Origin: Candidatus Atabeyarchaeum deiterrae
Lineage (GTDB): Archaea > Asgardarchaeota > Atabeyarchaeia > Atabeyarchaeales > Atabeyarchaeaceae
Assembly (NCBI GenBank): GCA_037310415.1
Contig: CP147780.1
Location: 1,664,001 to 1,728,000 of the forward strand
Direction: 5' to 3'
Length of the DNA: 64,000 nucleotides
Shown here one piece after another: positions 58,813 to 64,000 of this stretch; position 1 is the first letter of the stretch, and every line of letters starts with the position of its first letter. Made by a program: the position numbers and the translations under genes. The notes under the pieces are model-generated. The model was given only the letters and a program-made list of their open reading frames with translations, was not told the DNA's origin and searched no databases.

Positions 58813-59613
58813 TTGCCAAGAGAAGAGAAATCAGACAGGTACTATGACTCTGTTCAGAGGCATCGGGCAGTCGAGAAGCTTGTTACTCGGATTAACTCAG
58901 AGGGACAGCAGGAAAGAAAATACTATCGGATAAGAACTGCAAGGTGGTATGGCGGCATAGTCACTGCTGACTGTGCAGGTTGTGGGTTGTTATGTAAGTT
59001 CTGCTGGGTTAAGGACAACGTGATGTCTCATCCCGCTGGGTCAGGAAAATTCTACACCCCAAGAAGAATCGCAGAAGAGATGCTGTCTCTGGCCAGAAAA
59101 CGAAGATTGAACCAGCTTCGAGTGAGTGGAGGAGAACCTACCCTTGGTAAACAGCATTTGCTGCAACTTCTTCACAGTATCGAGGGCTATGGGTACACAT
59201 TTATTCTAGAGACCAACGGGATACCCATCGCAGCAGACGAGACCTACGCTAAGGACTTATCATCCTACCATGACTTCATTCACGTAAGGGTCTCATTAAA
59301 GGGATGTGACGGGGAAGAATTCTCCGTGTTGACTGGGGCGAAACCTGAGGACTTCCGCCTTCAAATAAGAGCCCTCGAGGATCTGAGAAGGGCTGGTGTC
59401 GGTTGCCATGCCTCGGTCATGTCATCCTTTTCAACACAAGACAGCTTCAACGCTCTAATCGGAGAACTCAAGGAAATCGACCCAAAACTGGCTCAGAACA
59501 CTGAAGTGGAAGAACTCATCCTTTATCCGCATGTAGTGCGAAGACTGAAGAAACATGGACTTGCGTACAACATTGCCCATCGTCCTGACCAAGTTCCACC
59601 GGAGCAAATCTGA
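58813..59613 (+). CDS. Radical SAM protein (archaeal)
   Basis: CGLLCKFC (CxxxCxxC), SGGEP, FILETNG, VRVSLKG. Confidence 0.9.
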   Translation: MPREEKSDRYYDSVQRHRAVEKLVTRINSEGQQERKYYRIRTARWYGGIVTADCAGCGLLCKFCWVKDNVMSHPAGSGKFYTPRRIAEEMLSLARKRRLNQLRVSGGEPTLGKQHLLQLLHSIEGYGYTFILETNGIPIAADETYAKDLSSYHDFIHVRVSLKGCDGEEFSVLTGAKPEDFRLQIRALEDLRRAGVGCHASVMSSFSTQDSFNALIGELKEIDPKLAQNTEVEELILYPHVVRRLKKHGLAYNIAHRPDQVPPEQI

Positions 59614-59886
59614 AAGAAGGACGAAACCAGCTCTAGTGAAGTATGAGAACCCATTTGCTCAATCAACTGAGGCCGACAAGTTGCCGCTATGTTCTCCGAG
59701 AAAAAGAGCCACTTCAGCCGATTATCGCCTCCCAGCTACGCAATGCTTAAACTCTGAATTGGGAGGAGTTAGCGGAACCAGAAGAAGTGTTTTATAGATA
59801 GAACCATCTAGAGCAACGCGACTATGTCTGACAAAAAGCGACTTCGCGGGAGCAGCTAGTTCTTAGATTGTTGGAGGACTCTGATA

Positions 59887-60906
59887 ATGGACGTAATTGA
59901 AGAAGGGAATGCCGTCATATGGTCGAAGCATGATCCTGAGGAGCACCGCAAATGGGTGCTTGAACACAAAAATCGGGCGCTTCAGGATAAGACCATGAGT
60001 ATCAAAGATGCTGTTTCAAGATACGTTAGCAACGGCGACTACCTTGCTATGGGTGGATTCGGACACGTTCGAGTATCCATGGTAGCCGTATACGAAATGA
60101 TAAGACAGAAGAAAAGCAACCTCGCGATTGCCGGCAAGACAGCCGTTCATGACATAGAAATTCTCGTTGCTGGAGGTTGCATAAAACGGGTCGATCGAGC
60201 CTATTCTGGCGGACATGAAGTGAGAGGACTATCACCTGCCTTCAGAAGAGCCGCAGAATCAGGCTCAATTGAATTACAGGAGTGGAGCAATGCTTCCTTC
60301 CAGTGGCGATTCAGAGCGGCGGCAATGGGCATCCCATTCATGCCGACACGGATACTGTTGGGAACGGATACCTTCAAGTATAGCGCTGCAAAGGCTGTGA
60401 AAGATCCTTTTACAGGTATGAAGGTCGCACTGCTCCCAGCCTGTTACCCAGACATTGTGTTCATTCATGTCCATAGATGCGACATTTATGGCAACTGTCA
60501 AATCGATGGCATCACAATTGAGGACATAGACCTCTCAAGAGCGGCCCGCAAACTCGTTGTCACGACCGAGAAAATAGTTGAGAACAGTGAAATCAGAAGA
60601 GAGCCTTGGAGAACTTCCATTCCATTCTATTATGTTGATGCTGTCTGCGAAGTACCATACGGCTCCCACCCAGGAAACATGCCATACGAATACTACTTTG
60701 ACGAAGAACACATCGGCATGTATCTAAAGATGGCAGAGACATCCGAAGGAGCCAAAGAATATGTCGACAGATTTATCCATAAAGCGAATGACTTCGATGA
60801 TTACCTTGGCTTGATCGGTGGCATAAAGAAACTGAACTACCTCCGCCGATTAGAACACTTGAGAGAGCGCTTGAAAGCGCCATGGGCGGAAGGAAAAAAG
60901 AAGTAA
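59887..60906 (+). CDS. gctA: Glutaconate CoA-transferase-type, subunit A
   Basis: GGFGHVR, FRAAAMGIPFMP, GTD, D.YGN, YGSHP. Confidence 0.85.
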   Translation: MDVIEEGNAVIWSKHDPEEHRKWVLEHKNRALQDKTMSIKDAVSRYVSNGDYLAMGGFGHVRVSMVAVYEMIRQKKSNLAIAGKTAVHDIEILVAGGCIKRVDRAYSGGHEVRGLSPAFRRAAESGSIELQEWSNASFQWRFRAAAMGIPFMPTRILLGTDTFKYSAAKAVKDPFTGMKVALLPACYPDIVFIHVHRCDIYGNCQIDGITIEDIDLSRAARKLVVTTEKIVENSEIRREPWRTSIPFYYVDAVCEVPYGSHPGNMPYEYYFDEEHIGMYLKMAETSEGAKEYVDRFIHKANDFDDYLGLIGGIKKLNYLRRLEHLRERLKAPWAEGKKK

Positions 60907-60928
60907 ACCAAGGAGGTAGAAACACAAA

Positions 60929-61723
60929 ATGAGTCAAGGTGGGGAAAAAAGTATCGAGTTCTCATTAATCGAAATGATGGCGTCCGCAGGTTCGAGAATC
61001 CTTGAAGACAAGAAAATAGTTGTCTGCGGCACTGGAATACCAATGCTTGCAGCACTACTAGCCCAGAAAACTCATGCACCCAACATAATCATAGTTTTTG
61101 AAGCGGGGGGAATAGGACCGCAGCCGCCTACATTACCAATCTCCGTTGGAGACTCAAGAACATTCTACAGGGCACTGCTGGCGGGTTCAATGGACGATGC
61201 AATGTCTGCTCTGCAGACGGGATACGTCGACTACGGTTTTCTCGGTGTGGGTCAGATCGATAAGTATGGAAACATAAACGCCACGTGCATCGGAACACAC
61301 GACAAGATGCAAGTCAGTTTCCCAGGATCAGGTGGTGCGAATGACATCGGATCCCTTGCATGGAAAACGATAATAGTCACTGGTCAGCATGACAAGAGGC
61401 GGTTTGTCGATAGACTCGACTTCTGCACTACGCCGGGTTACCTTTCAGGTCCGGGTGCAAGGGAAGCAGCAGGATTGCCAAAAGACACAGGGCCGTATAG
61501 GGTCATTACGAGTCTAGCGGTGATGGGATTTGACAGTGCAACAAAGGAAATGACCCTGATATCCACACATCCTGGCGTGACCACGCAACAGGTTGTCGAA
61601 AACACAGGTTTCAGGCTGAGAGTGCCGAGCAGGGTGGACGTAACTGAGGCGCCTACTCGCGAGGAAGTCAAGATACTCAGAGAAGAGATCGATCCCGCAG
61701 GCATCTTTGTTAAGCGGAAATAG
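60929..61723 (+). CDS. gctB: Glutaconate CoA-transferase-type, subunit B
   Basis: GTGIP, FEAG (catalytic Glu), QIDKYGNIN, GSGGAND, TTPG, HPG, ENTGF. Confidence 0.85.
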   Translation: MSQGGEKSIEFSLIEMMASAGSRILEDKKIVVCGTGIPMLAALLAQKTHAPNIIIVFEAGGIGPQPPTLPISVGDSRTFYRALLAGSMDDAMSALQTGYVDYGFLGVGQIDKYGNINATCIGTHDKMQVSFPGSGGANDIGSLAWKTIIVTGQHDKRRFVDRLDFCTTPGYLSGPGAREAAGLPKDTGPYRVITSLAVMGFDSATKEMTLISTHPGVTTQQVVENTGFRLRVPSRVDVTEAPTREEVKILREEIDPAGIFVKRK

Positions 61724-61951
61724 GAAAAGCATTGATCGACCCCCTCTCTCCTTTCTTTCCCCATATTGATGGGAACATGCCTGCGACCTCCGCAATAAAA
61801 GATGCACTGTTCCGCAATACTTTAATAGCTACCCCACACTAGTTACGAATAGGATGAAAAATAAGCAGTTCTGCCTTCTAATGACAATCTGTAAGAAGTG
61901 CAGAGCAAATCCAAGGCATCCAGCGGAAACGGAGCGAGAGGTAGTTATCAA

Positions 61952-62335
61952 ATGCCAGAAAACAAAAGCCTCAGGAAACAACTCGAAGATGTGTTGAAGG
62001 GCATGGAGGAAGCTGATCCTGACATTGAAGGATCTGCCCTCGTTAGAACAGATGGCTTGGTCATGGCGTCAGCCATTCACAAGGATGCAGATGAATCACT
62101 TATTGCGGCAATGTCAGCAGCGCTGCTCAACATTGGCTCCAGATCAGTTACGGAACTTGAGCGAGGTGGACTTGACAAGGTTATAGTAAGCGGGACAAAA
62201 GGAGACGTAGTTCTAACTGGAGTTGGCGGAGAGGCAGTGCTTTCAGCCATAACGAGACCAGGAGCCAACCTAGGACTTGTCCTGGTGGAAATGAAAAGGT
62301 GCGTTGCGAAGTTGACCCCGACCTTGAAGGCATAG
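61952..62335 (+). CDS. Roadblock/LC7 (MglB-like) protein
   Basis: DIEGSALVRTDGLVMAS, IAAMSAALL, ELERG, NLGLVL. ATG 61952 follows GAGG (track start 61898). Confidence 0.92.
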   Translation: MPENKSLRKQLEDVLKGMEEADPDIEGSALVRTDGLVMASAIHKDADESLIAAMSAALLNIGSRSVTELERGGLDKVIVSGTKGDVVLTGVGGEAVLSAITRPGANLGLVLVEMKRCVAKLTPTLKA

Positions 62336-62526
62336 GACTGACGTGAACAGTATACCCATGTAGCTTGTCAGGGAGATCGCTGAGTGTTGGATCTTCTGCA
62401 GTCACGATCTTGTCTGCCCTAAGTTTCTAACAGTTTGCCTCGCTATGTGCTGCTGGCAATCTTGCAGGAGATTTGCTCCGTTGTCTTCGATCTTAATAAT
62501 GCCCAAACTAGTTTTCCTCACATTCT

Positions 62527-62576
62527 TGTTACTACATAGTAACATTTATAAGACTGACTGTTACCACTAGGTAACA
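62527..62576 (+). promoter_or_regulatory. Hsp20 promoter: TATA box flanked by two TGTTAC-N6-GTAACA palindromes
   Basis: TGTTACTA-ca-TAGTAACA (62527-62544), TTTATAA (62545-62551), TGTTACC-acta-GGTAACA (62559-62576). Confidence 0.75.
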
Positions 62577-62621
62577 TACCACGTGACTCATATTAGAAAC
62601 ATGCCGGAGGTGCAAGATGGA

Positions 62622-63212
62622 ATGACGGAGTTTGATGACATGTTCCGAGATATATTCAATGACGAATCCTTTAATCAGTTCATAGAAGAGCAGCGAAAAA
62701 TGCAACGCAAGTTCATGGAGCAGATCAAGAAACTACAGGAAACCATCAGAAGCGGAAAACTCGAGGGCAAAACAGAACTGATACCACTGGACAAGCCAGG
62801 TGTCAAGGGATTCATATTCCGCGGGATTTTCGGAACACCGGGCCTCCTGGAGGAAGAAAACAGGAAGCCACAACTTGGGCAGAAGAAGACAGAGAGGGAA
62901 GAGGATTTGACGATTCCAGAGATAGACAAGGAACAACTCAGAGAACCCTTTGTTGATACATTCACTGACAAGAATGAGTTTGTTGCGTTGGTCGAGCTTC
63001 CAGGTGTAGAAGAGCAAGACATCAAGTTTGAAACAGGGGATGACTGGATTCAAATCGGGGCGATCAACTTCCAAACAACTAGAGTCGGCGTTCCTCCAAA
63101 TGCTGACATTGCCAGATTGAGGAAGACTTACAAGAACGGTGTCCTAGAGATTCGGATGCCTTTCAGAACAGATCGCGCTGATAACGAAGAGGCAAAGTTT
63201 GGGATGGTCTGA
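62622..63212 (+). CDS. Small heat-shock protein (Hsp20/alpha-crystallin)
   Basis: REPFVD, VELPGVE, TYKNGVLEI. ATG 62622 follows GGAGGTG (track start 62583). Confidence 0.88.
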   Translation: MTEFDDMFRDIFNDESFNQFIEEQRKMQRKFMEQIKKLQETIRSGKLEGKTELIPLDKPGVKGFIFRGIFGTPGLLEEENRKPQLGQKKTEREEDLTIPEIDKEQLREPFVDTFTDKNEFVALVELPGVEEQDIKFETGDDWIQIGAINFQTTRVGVPPNADIARLRKTYKNGVLEIRMPFRTDRADNEEAKFGMV

Positions 63213-63502
63213 AGGACACTTAACCGACTCGTCTTTTTTCTCTGTCGTGACAAATAAGATTATCATGTTTTTTATTGTGTTTTTGATTATTCCTGCTAAC
63301 CCAAGATGCTTGGGTCCCCAGCAAGGAGTGGGCTAGTCATTGCGGGTCCTCTAGACAAGAGACGCGATCGAAGCCAAGAAAAGTGGTTAGCAGAATTCAT
63401 AGAAGCAAATCTTAAGTTGGCTATCAGTTCCTATACCTAGTTTGTCCTGCAGTTCCTAGAGAACTAGATCATATGCAGATGATCTTAGTGGGGATAGCAT
63501 CG

Positions 63503-64000
63503 ATGAAGGGTGAGAAAGATTGGACAAGAAAAAAACTGATGAAAGAATATGTGAACAAGATGACGCCAGTGACGATTCCGGTCAACATCTCAATAAAGGG
63601 ACAGCAGACAATCATCGATCTATCCAGCATGGAGAATATTCTGAAAACTGCTCGAAGTATCGCCATTGAGGATTGTGGATGCCGCGCCAAGTTCCATAAA
63701 TGCGACGCGCCGTTGGATGTCTGCATTAGTCTGGATGGAGATGCTGAAGAAGCTATCAAAGGCGGTGCGAGAAAGGTCTCGAAGTCTGATGCTCTTGTGG
63801 CCTTGAAACATTCGCATGAAGCTGGGCTCGTCCACATGGCCTACACGTTCAAAGGCAAAGAGAAACCGGGAGTAATCTGCAGTTGCTGTTCTTGCTGCTG
63901 TCATTCTCTGAGCGCACTAGTTAGGTTTGGGATACCAGACCATGTAGTGGCTTCGGAATACATAGCTTCGCAGAATCATCAAACGTGCAGTGACTGCGGC
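63503..64000 (+). CDS. 4Fe-4S-binding protein (3'-truncated by window edge; not in ORF track)
   Basis: Hand translation MKGEKDW...DCGCR...KC...VC...EAGLVH...ICSCCSCCC...TCSDCG, open to the window end. Confidence 0.88.
   Translation, partial: MKGEKDWTRKKLMKEYVNKMTPVTIPVNISIKGQQTIIDLSSMENILKTARSIAIEDCGCRAKFHKCDAPLDVCISLDGDAEEAIKGGARKVSKSDALVALKHSHEAGLVHMAYTFKGKEKPGVICSCCSCCCHSLSALVRFGIPDHVVASEYIASQNHQTCSDCG

Noticed and set aside
63299-63315. ACCCAAG-atg-CTTGGGT hairpin downstream of hsp20
   Set aside because: Short and isolated. The upstream T-tracts already explain termination.
486-63904. Numerous short antisense or overlapping ORFs in the track (e.g. 8538-9167, 22193-22759, 30960-31442, 42290-42784, 63469-63837)
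   Set aside because: They shadow well-supported genes on the opposite strand or in another frame, and have no recognisable motifs.
1-64000. CRISPR array, tRNA or rRNA genes
   Set aside because: By eye I saw no regularly spaced direct repeats, cloverleaf/T-loop signatures or rRNA-like tracts. tRNAscan-SE and Infernal would be needed to exclude them formally.
1-64000. Selenocysteine or pyrrolysine read-through
   Set aside because: I noticed no gene with family similarity continuing past an in-frame TGA/TAG. The internal stop in the KaiC remnant is TAA.

Overview
Gene-dense archaeal chromosomal window with TATA-like promoters, GGAGG/GGTGA ribosome-binding sites and many TTG/GTG starts. Longin-like, roadblock/LC7 and PCI-like winged-helix domains, V4R proteins and Asgard-style Zn-ribbons point to an Asgard archaeon (inference). 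About 60 CDS, mostly heterotrophic metabolism and housekeeping: two acyl-CoA dehydrogenases, an acyl-CoA ligase, GctAB, peptidases, GuaA, Dph6, TsaA, ArsM, MFS/ABC/CDF transporters and two orphan DNA methyltransferases. No rRNA, tRNA or CRISPR array was recognised. Main leads: (1) a CysRS paralog lacking the anticodon-binding domain, with MshC-like motifs; (2) a tandem pair of coiled-coil + C-terminal winged-helix proteins; (3) an apparently inactive Mrr-type nuclease fold fused to a longin-like domain; (4) a tandem pair of PCI-like/Zn-ribbon proteins; (5) Walker-A-dead KaiC-like ATPases together with V4R and roadblock proteins; (6) an M29 aminopeptidase that has lost all its metal ligands; (7) twin palindromic operators around the Hsp20 TATA box; (8) IS200/IS605-type hairpins bracketing decayed genes and an intact S9 peptidase. 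All family calls are by-eye motif recognition; no database searches were run.
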